DNA of 64,000 nt from an uncultured bacterium (GCA_905214955.1 CAJMON010000004.1:2289-66288); one strand, 5' to 3'; counted from the first letter of the stretch, positions 19,476 through 30,240 are shown. Numbers and translations are program-made. Notes: generated by a model not told the origin, from the letters alone.

Positions 19476-19512
19476 ATATCTTTCCTCGTTCCTCTGGTCG
19501 TAGTTCCTCATT

Positions 19513-19540
19513 ATTTTAGCATATATTCCAGAAAAGGCAA
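19513..19540 (-). promoter_or_regulatory. Sigma-A promoter for the 19475-8563 sub-operon
   Basis: TTGCCT, 16 bp, extended TGcTAAAAT on the minus strand, just downstream of a terminator. Confidence 0.6.
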
Positions 19541-19542
19541 CC

Positions 19543-19565
19543 AAAAAAGGAGCCTAAAGCTCCTT
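19543..19565 (-). terminator. Intrinsic terminator
   Basis: Minus strand AAGGAGC-TTTAG-GCTCCTT followed by TTTT, right after the 19570 stop. Confidence 0.65.
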
Positions 19566-19569
19566 CTTA

Positions 19570-20469
19570 TCATTTTTTCTGCTGCTCATAGAACTGAGTC
19601 AGCCACATTTCATAAAGTTTTTTATGCTTTTGGGTAATCACGGAAAGCACGATTCCACAAACAAAGAACTTGAGTCCTGCTATTCCAATCAATCCGCCTG
19701 CAAACAGCATCGTCGTTCCCTTTGCCTGGAAAAATATGATTGCCATAATCACCCAGATCAGCACTGCAAGCCCTGCCAAAAGTGTAAAGGGCTTATATTC
19801 CAGGAACAGTGTCCCGATTGTTTTTAAAACTTTGATGCCGTCTGAAAGCGTGTTCAGCTTGGACACACTGCCTTCCGGCCGGTCTCTATATGTAACTGGA
19901 ATTTCCTCAATCAGGAAATTTTTATCCAGTGCATGGATTGTCATTTCTGTTTCTATTTCAAATCCTTTTGACAGAACTGGAAATGTCTTTACAAAGAGTC
20001 TGCTAAATGCCCGCTGGCCTGTCATAATATCCCGCACATTGCTGTGAAACAGTCCATTGATCAGGCCTCTAACAATTCTGTTGCCGCTGTTGTGAAAGAG
20101 CCTTTTATTTTCTTCAAAGTAGGTGGAAGAAAGCCGGTCTCCCACTACCATATCAACGCCCTTCTTTAAAACCAGGTCTACCATCTGGCGTGCATGTTCT
20201 GCCGGATAGGTGTCATCACCGTCAATCATCAGATAGCAGTCCGCTTCCACCTCCCGAAACATGGTGCGAATCACATTTCCTTTTCCCTGTCGGTATTCAT
20301 ACCGCACAATTGCTCCTGCTTTTCTCGCAATTTCATCTGTATGATCAGTAGAATTATTGTCATAAACGTAAATCTCTGCCTCTGGCAGTACCCGTTTATA
20401 ATCCTGAATCACTTTTTTTATCGTTGTACTCTCATTATAACATGGGATCAATACTGCTATTTTTTCCAT
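19570..20469 (-). CDS. GT2 polyprenyl-phosphate glycosyltransferase with C-terminal TM helices
   Basis: IPCYNE, YDNNSTD, QGKGNV, IDGDDTY, GFEIETE, SKLNTLSDG. Confidence 0.88.
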   Translation of the reverse strand: MEKIAVLIPCYNESTTIKKVIQDYKRVLPEAEIYVYDNNSTDHTDEIARKAGAIVRYEYRQGKGNVIRTMFREVEADCYLMIDGDDTYPAEHARQMVDLVLKKGVDMVVGDRLSSTYFEENKRLFHNSGNRIVRGLINGLFHSNVRDIMTGQRAFSRLFVKTFPVLSKGFEIETEMTIHALDKNFLIEEIPVTYRDRPEGSVSKLNTLSDGIKVLKTIGTLFLEYKPFTLLAGLAVLIWVIMAIIFFQAKGTTMLFAGGLIGIAGLKFFVCGIVLSVITQKHKKLYEMWLTQFYEQQKK

Positions 20470-20473
20470 AACT

Positions 20474-21649
20474 TTACTGCCTGCCCTTTTTCCTCTTTTG
20501 TATTAAAACACATCCGCTTGTCAGAAGTGCGAAAATCAAAATACTTTGAGACCGAAACGTAAACCAGAAATGGATCTGTGAATGGTTTGCCATAAACATA
20601 TTCCAGAAGAATGGATACAGCCCCACAAACAGAATGGGAACCATCTCACAGCATTTCTGTTTCAGAGAAGTAAGTTCCTTTCGTTTCAAAATCTGCCATG
20701 AAAAAAATACACAGGCTGCCGCCAGCATCAGCACGGTCTCACGAGTGAGTCCTGTCTGCAGATTATCCAACAGCATTTTCCCACGTGCCAGGACATGTTC
20801 TTCATCTCCTCCCACACGAAACGCCGCTGTACTGACTGCATCTGCAAGGGCATTTGTCTGTAACAGCACACTTCCTAAAATCCATTTGCAGATCCATGTC
20901 AGCCCATAACCGGCTCCCCAGCAGATGCTCATCCGGATGCAGTACCACAATTCTGTTTTCAGTCTGCACTCCTGCTTCTGACTCCGTATCACCAGCAGAA
21001 GGATCAGCGGATATCCCAGTGTAATCACAGGAACGGTCAGAAAATCCACAAAATTAATCACAGACCCTGTGGTTAAAAAAATCAGTCCTGCCTGTTCCTT
21101 CTGATCCTGTCCACATTTTACAAGCGCTGCACACATGGCCAGCATTGCTACCGCAAAACAAGAAAAAAATTGCAGGCTTACGGATACAATCACTGCTTTT
21201 ACACAGAGCATAGAAATCACCATGCACATCGCCTGCACCACTCCTAGTTTTTTCTGTATCAGTGCAAAAGTTCCAAACATCAGCAGAAAAAACACAGCAC
21301 TTAAGATTTCTCTCGCCTGCAGAATATTTCCAAACAACAGCAAGGGTTTAAATAATACCAGATACCCATGCCAGTACTGGATCCGTCCTCCCCGTGACAT
21401 CATAGCCTGAATGGTGGTGGTATCTTCCTCAATCAACATGTTATTCAGGATAATTTTATCTGTAAAATTGTCCAGCCGTCCCGATGTGGACTGAAAAAGA
21501 GGCTTTGGATATTCTCCCTCTTCTTCCAGATACTCCAGAGAAGCATTTACATTTTTTTCCAACTGCTCTCCACCGATTCTGGTTGTTCCAAACATCAGGA
21601 TCAAATAGAAAACAATCAGTCCTGCAAATAGTTTTCCATATTTTTTCAA
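20474..21649 (-). CDS. Polytopic membrane protein, putative GT-C-type transferase
   Basis: TTG start (LKKYGKLF) after GGGGAAAG; extracellular loop LDNFTD, YWHGY, FVDFLTVP, NHSQIH; about 9 hydrophobic segments. Confidence 0.55.
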   Translation of the reverse strand: MKKYGKLFAGLIVFYLILMFGTTRIGGEQLEKNVNASLEYLEEEGEYPKPLFQSTSGRLDNFTDKIILNNMLIEEDTTTIQAMMSRGGRIQYWHGYLVLFKPLLLFGNILQAREILSAVFFLLMFGTFALIQKKLGVVQAMCMVISMLCVKAVIVSVSLQFFSCFAVAMLAMCAALVKCGQDQKEQAGLIFLTTGSVINFVDFLTVPVITLGYPLILLLVIRSQKQECRLKTELWYCIRMSICWGAGYGLTWICKWILGSVLLQTNALADAVSTAAFRVGGDEEHVLARGKMLLDNLQTGLTRETVLMLAAACVFFSWQILKRKELTSLKQKCCEMVPILFVGLYPFFWNMFMANHSQIHFWFTFRSQSILIFALLTSGCVLIQKRKKGRQ

Positions 21650-21660
21650 CGTTCTTTCCC

Positions 21661-23955
21661 CTACTTCACTGCGATTTTTTTCAGCTTTCTCCAGATTTGT
21701 CTTAAGAATCCGGTAAGTCCCATGAGCCGCTTCTGGTCCTCGATGGTCCATTTCTGGGCAGCGCACTGCTTCTTCAGCTTTTTCAGCTCTTCTTTCTGCG
21801 TTTTGATGAGCTTTTCCTGGTGTTCCAGTTCTTTTTTCTGGTCACCCAGTTTTTCTTTCTGGCGGCTGATCTGTTCCTGGGCAATTTTCCGCTGAGTATA
21901 AAGATCTCTTAATTCATCGTGTACTTCCTTATGTGCCCGGTCTGCCACCCGCCTTCTCATCTCCCGCAGATGAAATACCAGCAGCAGATAGAAATCCCTT
22001 TCTTCTGGTTTTAAAGTTCCCACATAGTCCAGGACTGCTTCTTCCTTGATCTCTCCCAGATCTGTAGCTGCAGAATCACACAGCACAGACAGCTGTTTCA
22101 TGAGTGCTGCATAAAATCCGGAATACATCTGCAGATGATGCTCTTCGATAAACCGGTGCATTTCCATGACGGTCACAAATTTTCCATAGGTATTTCGGAA
22201 GCCTTTGGCTTCTGTCATAATGGAGCCGCCCCGGACACGTCTTTTATAAAAATCCCGGTCTAACAGTCTGGTACGTTTTGCCAGAGAAATGCACTGCATG
22301 GTAAACAAATTATCCTCATGGAGGATTCCCTCATAAAAGCGGATCTGATGTTCTTCCAAAAATTCTCTTCGAAGAATCTGCAGGCAGGCAGAAGGTTTGA
22401 AATCATGGTTCTGCATCAGCTGTACAAACAGCTCCCTGCCTGTTAAAGTCTCCGGATAAAATCCATTTCTTCGGTAGTAACCGGAATAGTTGCTGTTTTC
22501 CTCTTCTACTTCTTTCGTATCAAAGAAAACAGAAGCATTATAAAACATCTCATCCAGCTCGTAATACTTTGCATACAGATACAATGTTTTCAGTGCTGTC
22601 AGATCCAGATAATCATCGCTGTCCAAAAACAGAATGTATTCTCCCGAAGCTTCTTTCATACCTAAGTTTCTGGCAGAAGACAGACCGCCGTTTGGCTTAT
22701 CCACAACTTTGATTCTGGAATCCTGTTTCTCCAGCTCCCTTAAAATCCTGGGAGATTCATCTGTAGAACCATCGTTTACACAGATAATCTCAATATTTTT
22801 CAGAGTCTGGTTCCGTACCGATTCCACACACTCTTCCAGATATTCCTGCACATTATACACCGGAATAATTACAGAAATTTTTGGCGTTCCCTCCAGAGAA
22901 ATCTCTTTGAAGAAATCCAGATTTTCTGCCATTCCCCGTTTCAGATGCCAGATTTCCCGCTCCATTGCCTGCATCTGTTCGTAGACAGCCACTTCCGGCT
23001 GTTCCTTCAGGATTGCCTGCATCTGTTCATAATAATTTTTCATGTAAAAATATCCGGCGCTGTGGCCTGTGATATGAAGCTTTTCAAATCCCTCTTCTCT
23101 CAGGATGCGGTAAATGGCGCTATAACCCTTTCCACTTTTAGCTGTGTTCAGATTATACAGGCAGCCTCCCAGGCAGAAATTGGCAAAACTTTTTTCTATA
23201 CTGGAAAAGATTTTCGCCTTTTCAAGCCCTTCCTGAAGTTTTAACATTGCATAGTAAAAATCCAGAGGCTCATTGTGTTTCATGGCCTGCAGGCTGGTTC
23301 CGTGCCCTCTCCGGTAATTCACCAGCCGTTCTTCCGTCGTAGTGATCCGTTCTGCCAGGGCAAGGGCCATATTGCAGAAGTACAGATCATTGGCTCTGTG
23401 GATGTCCTGGAACTTTAGCTGTTTTTCTTCCACAAAGGTCCGCTCAAACATTTTGTTCCAGGGTGCGGAAGTGGTAAAGTTGAAAATCTTCTCCGGCATA
23501 TCCTTTCTGGAAAACGGGCGTACTCCCGGAAGGTCATTTCTTTTTAAGAAATAATCCACGTTCAGATATTCTTTGGTATTTTCATCATAAATCTGTCCGT
23601 CACAGACACAGATCTGGGCCTTGTCTTCTTTGCATTTCTGATACATGGTTTCCAGCATCCGCCTGTGGAAAAAGTCATCCGCATCCAGGAAAATCAGATA
23701 TTCCCCTTCTGCCACACTCATTCCAAAATTTCTTGCAGCTCCTGCGTACTGATTTTTCTGCTTTAAGATCTGCAGTCTGTCATCCTTTTTACAGAGTTCT
23801 TCCAGGACCTGTACCGTTCCGTCTGTAGAACCATCATCCACACAGATAACCTGAACTTCTCTTAAAGACTGGTCAAGAATGCTTTCCACACACTGACGGA
23901 TATACGCTTCACCGTTATAAACCGGCACAATTACTGAAACCTTTACTTCCTTCAT
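21661..23955 (-). CDS. Tandem GT2-GT2 glycosyltransferase with C-terminal coiled coil
   Basis: Start trimmed to MKEVKVSVIVP; two VSVI(V/I)PVYN...DGSTD...FLD(A/S)DD units; K/E/Q-rich tail. Confidence 0.9.
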   Translation of the reverse strand: MKEVKVSVIVPVYNGEAYIRQCVESILDQSLREVQVICVDDGSTDGTVQVLEELCKKDDRLQILKQKNQYAGAARNFGMSVAEGEYLIFLDADDFFHRRMLETMYQKCKEDKAQICVCDGQIYDENTKEYLNVDYFLKRNDLPGVRPFSRKDMPEKIFNFTTSAPWNKMFERTFVEEKQLKFQDIHRANDLYFCNMALALAERITTTEERLVNYRRGHGTSLQAMKHNEPLDFYYAMLKLQEGLEKAKIFSSIEKSFANFCLGGCLYNLNTAKSGKGYSAIYRILREEGFEKLHITGHSAGYFYMKNYYEQMQAILKEQPEVAVYEQMQAMEREIWHLKRGMAENLDFFKEISLEGTPKISVIIPVYNVQEYLEECVESVRNQTLKNIEIICVNDGSTDESPRILRELEKQDSRIKVVDKPNGGLSSARNLGMKEASGEYILFLDSDDYLDLTALKTLYLYAKYYELDEMFYNASVFFDTKEVEEENSNYSGYYRRNGFYPETLTGRELFVQLMQNHDFKPSACLQILRREFLEEHQIRFYEGILHEDNLFTMQCISLAKRTRLLDRDFYKRRVRGGSIMTEAKGFRNTYGKFVTVMEMHRFIEEHHLQMYSGFYAALMKQLSVLCDSAATDLGEIKEEAVLDYVGTLKPEERDFYLLLVFHLREMRRRVADRAHKEVHDELRDLYTQRKIAQEQISRQKEKLGDQKKELEHQEKLIKTQKEELKKLKKQCAAQKWTIEDQKRLMGLTGFLRQIWRKLKKIAVK

Positions 23956-23969
23956 CAAATGTTCCTCCC

Positions 23970-25865
23970 TTAAAAGCACCAGCCCTGAAGCATATTCCAG
24001 TAAATACCGGCAAACAGCAGTAATACAGGTGTGCCAAGAATAATTTTGTGATACAGCTCTTTCCCTATGTTGATCCCAATTCTGGAATTGCTGCAGATAT
24101 ACAGCAGCGGCAGAAATAAAGGATAAAAGTAACGGCCCTGAACTCCGGAGATGCTCTCCGCCCCAACTGCAGTGGCTGCCAGGTACATGGAAGTAGCGAT
24201 CAGCACAGCCACACAGGCACACAGAAGAAATAATCCATATTTATACCGTCTTTTTAATACAAATGCCTCTCTTTTCTGATGGCCCAGCATCACAACCAGA
24301 AACCATGCCACAGTAATAAAGGAAAAACCGCTTTCTAGCTCCTGCAGTCTCCCAAAATTTGCCAATCCTGCATGGCCTGTGATCAGTTCCCCGGACATCT
24401 GCAAAAGATCCTTAAACAGCATCTTCAGATAGGATGGAAGATGCCGGAATACAGTCTGCATCTGAAGTACCTGATCTGATCCCTGAATTCTTCCATCTGT
24501 CAGCTGTCCAGTTGCATTCTGCAGAGTAGCTATCATTACCGGGATGATAAATCCACACATGGCAGCAAGAAAAACCGCCACAATGGCTCCCCATAAGATA
24601 CGGTAAAGCCAGATGGATGGGAATTTTTCTTTTGGAATAATCAGACACATCAGCACCAGTGGAATGTAGACTGCTTTTGCCAGAGCTCCCACGGTAATGG
24701 CCAGGATGCTTCCCGCAATCCACCAGAACTGATTCCTTCCTTTTTCTTCCGTCATCACTTTCAGCCACATGGCTGTTCCCAGAAAGATAAATCCATTTAC
24801 CGCCACATCATACGTATAGGTACTGGCTACAAACATCTGTGTCGGCACCAGTGCCAGCGCTGCGGTTTCCCACTTTTTCCTTGGAATAATCCGCACGGTC
24901 TGATACATGAGAAACGCATAAGTCAAAAGATTTGCCAGTTTTCCTGCCATGTAAAGAAGAGAAAAACGAAGCCCCAGCTTTCTTGCCAGAAAAATCGCTG
25001 CAGCCTGAATCAGATAAGCCGTTTTACTTATGGAAACCGTTGTTTCTTTGGGAGACTCTTCTATTATCTGGTGCTGTTCGTCCAGATAGTTCTCCACCAT
25101 TCTTTTTTCTTCGATGGTATTATAATAATTTTCCGGTATCCGGTCTGCCAAAAGCAGATAGGAATTGGATCTCTGAATAGAATTCTGGTAGGAGAGATTG
25201 TACGCTTCCTTGAAATGTACCTGCTCATCCCAGCCGTTTTCATTGACTCCCTGGCAGGAAATAATGAAAATTCCCATACACAGCACTGCTGCTGCCACAA
25301 ATTGCTCTGGTTTTTCCCGGAAATTCTTTTTTCCATTCTTCAAAAAGAGCAAAAACAGAACAAGCATGGAAAAAAATACCATCCGGTAACCGCTCATCTG
25401 AAACTGATTTAACATGCGAAAACCTGTGATCGCCACCGGAGCACCTTCCGTGTAAGTAATCCGGATACTTGATACTTTTTTCCCTACCGCTGTAATCCCT
25501 GTGCCAAACTCTTCGTAACACAGGTCTATCAGCCTTTCTTCTTCCTCTACACCAAAGGCATTGATGTAGCTCACATTCATAAAATACTTCTGTTCATTCT
25601 CACAATCCAGATAGATCTGAAATTTTTTAATATAAACCGGTTCCTGAAAAGTAATGAGCGCCGCTGTGGTCTGATTTGTGTAAGTCATTCCAAGCGTTTC
25701 GGAACTGCTTTTCATTCCAGGCGCGACACCGGTCACATCAAAGGAAACATCCTGGCTGTCCATGCACAGCAGCGGATGAAAGTTATACACAAACACTTCC
25801 AGAAAAACCGCTATGAGAACCGCTGCCAGAACATAGAGCATATACTTCTTGTTCATCTTTTTCAT
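23970..25865 (-). CDS. DUF2142-family (GacL-like) GT-C membrane glycosyltransferase
   Basis: WDEQVHF loop, GKLANL, TYTYD, KAVY, GVQGRYFYP; many TM segments. Confidence 0.75.
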   Translation of the reverse strand: MKKMNKKYMLYVLAAVLIAVFLEVFVYNFHPLLCMDSQDVSFDVTGVAPGMKSSSETLGMTYTNQTTAALITFQEPVYIKKFQIYLDCENEQKYFMNVSYINAFGVEEEERLIDLCYEEFGTGITAVGKKVSSIRITYTEGAPVAITGFRMLNQFQMSGYRMVFFSMLVLFLLFLKNGKKNFREKPEQFVAAAVLCMGIFIISCQGVNENGWDEQVHFKEAYNLSYQNSIQRSNSYLLLADRIPENYYNTIEEKRMVENYLDEQHQIIEESPKETTVSISKTAYLIQAAAIFLARKLGLRFSLLYMAGKLANLLTYAFLMYQTVRIIPRKKWETAALALVPTQMFVASTYTYDVAVNGFIFLGTAMWLKVMTEEKGRNQFWWIAGSILAITVGALAKAVYIPLVLMCLIIPKEKFPSIWLYRILWGAIVAVFLAAMCGFIIPVMIATLQNATGQLTDGRIQGSDQVLQMQTVFRHLPSYLKMLFKDLLQMSGELITGHAGLANFGRLQELESGFSFITVAWFLVVMLGHQKREAFVLKRRYKYGLFLLCACVAVLIATSMYLAATAVGAESISGVQGRYFYPLFLPLLYICSNSRIGINIGKELYHKIILGTPVLLLFAGIYWNMLQGWCF

Positions 25866-25867
25866 GC

Positions 25868-26860
25868 TTATTTTTTCTTCTTTAATACCGTCTGGTTTAC
25901 AATAAACGCAATACCGATGAGTGCCAGCTCAGATACGGTCATCCAGAGTCTGGAAACGATGGAAATGATCACAGCATATTCTTCCGGCATCACCAGGGTC
26001 AGTCCCAGCACCAGGATGCCTTCCCGCACGCCAAGTCCGGAAGGAGCAAAGATAGCCAGGATGCCAATGATGCAGGAAAGTCCGAAAATTCCGGCGACAT
26101 ACAGCATTTCCGATGCAGGGATGGGATAAATGGAGCATGTCAGCATGTAGAAACCGATTCCCACAATGATCCAGTTGCAGATGAATAACAGAACTACTTT
26201 CAGCATCTGAGGATAGGTAATGGGGATCACCAGGCCATCTTTCTTTGTGATCTTTTCCACAATGCCCAGGAAAAAGTTGATGATCTTGGGGTTAATGCAG
26301 ATAAAGAACAGGATCACCAGGATAATGGCTGCCCATTTATAATCTGCCAGGAGCTCATTTGGAAAAAACAGCAGAGATATCAAGAAAAGGAAAGCTGCTC
26401 CCAAAAGGGTACATACATTTTCCAGAAGGAAACAGATGGTAACTTTCCGGATAGGCACACCTTTTTCCTCATAGGCCGGTACACGGGCCAGCAGCATAAA
26501 AACTTTTCCAGGAATGTATTTTCCAAGGATGGAATACAGATACGCCGTCACTGCCTGGACATAGCCGATGGCTGCCTGATTTAACTTGGTCATATAATGC
26601 CACAGGGATGCCAGGGTAATCTTATACAGGAAATAAAACAGCACAGCCGCTGCAAACACGCCCCAGTTAATCTTCACGTCCAGATTTTTGTAGGTATCAA
26701 AGTTGTTGTAGAAATATCTTCCAAGGAAAACCGCTACCAGAATCAGGAAAATATATTTGACCCATTTCATGAGTTTTTTCTTTTTGCTGTTTTCTGGTTT
26801 GTTTGTATTTTTCAGCAGTTCTTCTTTGGAAAGCTCTTTGTTTTCTGATGTATCGTTCAT
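25868..26860 (-). CDS. Lysylphosphatidylglycerol-synthase-TM / flippase-like membrane protein
   Basis: LGKYIPGKV, PSGLGVREG, SRLW; about 8 TM segments. Confidence 0.78.
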   Translation of the reverse strand: MNDTSENKELSKEELLKNTNKPENSKKKKLMKWVKYIFLILVAVFLGRYFYNNFDTYKNLDVKINWGVFAAAVLFYFLYKITLASLWHYMTKLNQAAIGYVQAVTAYLYSILGKYIPGKVFMLLARVPAYEEKGVPIRKVTICFLLENVCTLLGAAFLFLISLLFFPNELLADYKWAAIILVILFFICINPKIINFFLGIVEKITKKDGLVIPITYPQMLKVVLLFICNWIIVGIGFYMLTCSIYPIPASEMLYVAGIFGLSCIIGILAIFAPSGLGVREGILVLGLTLVMPEEYAVIISIVSRLWMTVSELALIGIAFIVNQTVLKKKK

Positions 26861-26886
26861 ATTTTCCCCTTATCTCTTTATGCCAG

Positions 26887-26923
26887 ATATCCGCAGACTG
26901 CCACATTTGCAGCCTGCGGATAT
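26887..26923 (-). other. Intergenic 15-bp stem-loop without U tract
   Basis: Minus strand ATATCCGCAGGCTGC-AAATGTG-GCAGTCTGCGGATAT (one G-U pair). Confidence 0.55.
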
Positions 26924-26929
26924 GCCGTC

Positions 26930-29263
26930 TTAGAAGCTTAATAACACGCGGATAAAACACATGTAATAATAAATCACCTGATATGGGATTTTCCGAAGTT
27001 TGTCATAATGTTCTTCCGAATAGGCCAGGTTCTTTCTTGCCAGATAGAATGCCAGCCGGTGGTTCCAGCTGCACTTGTCATCGTCCACCAGTTTTACCTT
27101 CCGGCCCTGTTTTGCATAATAGGCTTCTTTTGCCGGAGCGCAGGTAAACTTAAATACCAGGGCACGCTTCTGGCTGCGCACCATATCCCGGTCACTGATG
27201 TGGAAATCCACGATCACACCGGCATTGACTGCCGCATCGTAGAATTCTTTTGCCTTTTCATTGCGGATCACACAACTGGTGTGCTTGATGGGATTTCCTT
27301 TCATCTCGGAAAGCCAGATGTCTCCAAAGCTGATATCCGCTGCCTGGGCAAAATGATCCTGGCAGGTCATGCATCCGCCTTTTTCAAAGAAATAGGCGTT
27401 TTTGTAGGCGCAGATGGTCTTGGTATAGGAGAATGTCTTCTCAGAACCATCCTCATAAACGACCGCGGACTGACCTCTCCAGTGTCCTCTGCGGTAATAC
27501 AGACGTTTCGCATGATCCAGTGTCACATGGGACTGCTCTAAAGAAAGCAGAGTGGCTTTTTCGGAATGATTGCCGCTGCAGTAAAGGCCTAGTTTTAAGA
27601 CAATCTTGTCTCTCAACACTTTGTCTTTTTTCATCAGGGCATCCAGTCCACGGAGAACGCAGGGTGTCATGACCACTGCTACTTTTCCTGGGAATTCTCT
27701 TACCATATCCACATGCTTTAACAGGGGCATACTCATGTAAATGCTGGAAGAAGCATCCCGCAGCTCTTCTTCTGTAGTGGCAATAAACGTATCATACCCC
27801 AGCTGTCCGTCCACAATCTTGGTTCTGCTGACCCAGGCACCGTCAATCTTTCCGGTGCGCAGAAGGTAACACAGGAAGGCTGTGATCATTCCGCCGGAAG
27901 CTGCATTTTCCCGGATGGTCTCGTCTGCCGCGTAGCCTTTTCTGCAGGCCACATGTTTTCCAAGGTATTTATCCGGATCTTTATAGTTTAAAATTTTCTT
28001 TTTTTTGGGAGGTTCTCCAACAATCTGGTCAATGATCTTTCCAGCGTACTCAATGTTCTTTCTGGAGCTTGCCATAACAGAGTCATAATTTTTCTCAATG
28101 CAGCGGCGGATCTCATCCTCACTGGCTACGAATTTTTCAAATTCCTGGTTTAAGGAATCTGCTGTCAGATTGGAAAAGTCAATGGCGTACTGGCCCAGTT
28201 CAAAGAAATCCAGCACTTCCTGATATTTGTGGCTCCAGCCAACTAAGAGTACCGGCACTCTCTGCTCTAAGGCACCGATCATGGCATGGAAACGGGATGC
28301 CACCAGGAACCGGCATTTCCCAAGGTAGGCACGGATCTCTTCCGCATCCATTTCCTTGTGGTACCAGCGGACCATATCTTTGTTTTTCACGCCTTCGTAC
28401 ACCGCATCGCAGATCAGAAGGTCGTTGTTTCTTGGCTTCTGGCTGTTGATTCTGGCGCCGTTGGCAATGATCAGCACCGGATAGCCTGCCTGATTTAATT
28501 TTTCAATGAAATCAATCATGATGCCCTTGTAGTCGATGCCAAGTTTTTTGCACTTTTTCTCTACTACGGAGCTGATGGATAAGCCCACCACATTTTCATT
28601 GTAAAAATCATCCTCTGCACAGACTTCATCTACCATGGCATTGGCTGCCAGATCATCTGCCATGGTAAAGGCACCATCCGCACACAGCTTTACGTTTTTT
28701 TCGATTCCAATGGATTTTAAGTTCTCCAGGGTGCCTTTTCCTCTGGCACAGATCAGCTTCATCTTGGGAAGAATCCATTTTGCCAGGAAACGGTTGATGG
28801 GAGAATGGAAGGTTCCCATAGCCTGGGAATATTTTAATACCGGCACGCCCATGAGCATGGGAACGGCTGCACAGACAAAGGCATAGGTGTTCATCACCGC
28901 GCCGCGGCTGTCCACAAAGGAAATGCCTGCTTCATCCAGTACCGCATCTGTCTGGGAATAAGCCTTTAAAATCTTATTTTTCAGAAGCAGCTTTTTGATG
29001 GGCGGGCACCACTTGAATGCCTTATACAGCACTGCCAGGGGAAACGCAACAAAAAGCAGTTGTTCCGGTTTGCAGGGCACAATCTTGATAAAGTCCCACG
29101 GAATCTGCTTTTTATCCTCAGAAGGGTAGACTGACATCAGATTGATGTTCAGTCTTTCCCCGTAACGTTCATGAAGTTGTCTGATCGAGCTCTGAAGCAT
29201 CGCTGCCGCACCTTTGTTTCCGCTGTAGCTGGCTGCAGTGATGGCAATAACTACATCTCTCAT
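26930..29263 (-). CDS. Fusion: polysaccharide pyruvyltransferase-family (WcaK/CsaB-like) domain + FrhB-like (F420 hydrogenase beta subunit family) domain
   Basis: N-half GNKGAAAM, SQAMG, ICARG, ASRFHAMIGAL, WSHKY; C-half ASGGMITA, TPC, GLYCSG, CMTCQD..AADISFGDIW. Confidence 0.85.
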   Translation of the reverse strand: MRDVVIAITAASYSGNKGAAAMLQSSIRQLHERYGERLNINLMSVYPSEDKKQIPWDFIKIVPCKPEQLLFVAFPLAVLYKAFKWCPPIKKLLLKNKILKAYSQTDAVLDEAGISFVDSRGAVMNTYAFVCAAVPMLMGVPVLKYSQAMGTFHSPINRFLAKWILPKMKLICARGKGTLENLKSIGIEKNVKLCADGAFTMADDLAANAMVDEVCAEDDFYNENVVGLSISSVVEKKCKKLGIDYKGIMIDFIEKLNQAGYPVLIIANGARINSQKPRNNDLLICDAVYEGVKNKDMVRWYHKEMDAEEIRAYLGKCRFLVASRFHAMIGALEQRVPVLLVGWSHKYQEVLDFFELGQYAIDFSNLTADSLNQEFEKFVASEDEIRRCIEKNYDSVMASSRKNIEYAGKIIDQIVGEPPKKKKILNYKDPDKYLGKHVACRKGYAADETIRENAASGGMITAFLCYLLRTGKIDGAWVSRTKIVDGQLGYDTFIATTEEELRDASSSIYMSMPLLKHVDMVREFPGKVAVVMTPCVLRGLDALMKKDKVLRDKIVLKLGLYCSGNHSEKATLLSLEQSHVTLDHAKRLYYRRGHWRGQSAVVYEDGSEKTFSYTKTICAYKNAYFFEKGGCMTCQDHFAQAADISFGDIWLSEMKGNPIKHTSCVIRNEKAKEFYDAAVNAGVIVDFHISDRDMVRSQKRALVFKFTCAPAKEAYYAKQGRKVKLVDDDKCSWNHRLAFYLARKNLAYSEEHYDKLRKIPYQVIYYYMCFIRVLLSF

Positions 29264-30240
29264 GCTTTCTCCTCTGCTTTTTCTTCACGCTTTTCCAGTT
29301 CATGTTCATAATCCAGTTTCCGTACATGGTACTGGACATCTTCCAGGATCTTCCGGTTGGCAGCAATGATATCTGCCTGGAAGCCAATGATGCAGGTCAT
29401 AAAGCCCATCATCAGAAGGGTGCTTGCAAGGATCAGGGACTGAATATGTCCTTTTCCTGCTCCCATAGCAAGGTAAACCAGGAAACGCACGCCAAGAGCC
29501 GCTCCAATGGCTCCTACGACCGCACCGATTCCAAGAAAGAATCGCAGAGGTTTGTACATCATAAAGGAACGCACAATGGTTACCATGGATCTTTTTACAT
29601 AACCGAACATGCTGGAAAACAGTCTGGATTTACGCAGCTCCGGATTGGTACGGATGGGCACAGACTCCATGGCCATGCGGTTTCTTCCGGCCTGGATGAT
29701 GGTCTCCAGAGTGTAGGTGTATTCGTTGGTCACATTCAGACGCATGGCAGCTTCTCTGCTGTAAGCGCGAAATCCGCTGGGTGCATCCGGGATATCGGAA
29801 TGGGATGCCACGCGCACGGTCCAGCTTCCAAAGTGCTGGAGTTTTTTCTTCAGAGGGGAAAAGTGCTCGGTCTGGTCAATGGGACGCTCTCCAATGACAA
29901 TGTCCGCTTTTCCATCCAGAATGGGACGAACCAGCTTTTCAATGTCTTCGCCCTTGTACTGGTCATCTGCATCAGTATTGACAATGATGTCCGCACCGTT
30001 TCGCAGACAGGCATCCAGTCCAGCCATAAAGCCTTTTGCCAGGCCTCTGTTTTTCTTAAAGTTCACCACATAGTGGACGCCCCATTTCTTAGCCACTTCT
30101 ACAGTATTGTCCTTGCTTCCGTCATTGATAATCAGATATTCAATCTCATCAATGCCGTCTATGTGCTTGGGAAGATCGTTCAGTGCGATCTCCAGCGTCT
30201 CTGCTTCATTATAACATGGTACTTGAATAATCAGTTTCAT
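29260..30240 (-). CDS. GT2 polyprenyl-phosphate glycosyltransferase (DPM-like) with C-terminal TM helices
   Basis: QVPCYNE, INDGSKD, NTDADDQY, DAPSGFRAYSR, YTYTLET. Confidence 0.88.
   Translation of the reverse strand: MKLIIQVPCYNEAETLEIALNDLPKHIDGIDEIEYLIINDGSKDNTVEVAKKWGVHYVVNFKKNRGLAKGFMAGLDACLRNGADIIVNTDADDQYKGEDIEKLVRPILDGKADIVIGERPIDQTEHFSPLKKKLQHFGSWTVRVASHSDIPDAPSGFRAYSREAAMRLNVTNEYTYTLETIIQAGRNRMAMESVPIRTNPELRKSRLFSSMFGYVKRSMVTIVRSFMMYKPLRFFLGIGAVVGAIGAALGVRFLVYLAMGAGKGHIQSLILASTLLMMGFMTCIIGFQADIIAANRKILEDVQYHVRKLDYEHELEKREEKAEEKA

Noticed and set aside
23956..24222. N-terminal extension of the 853-aa ORF (similar extensions at 14318, 21766, 34771, 39049, 45331, 51971)
   Set aside because: Longest-ORF artefacts, mostly overlapping upstream genes; downstream RBS-supported starts exist.
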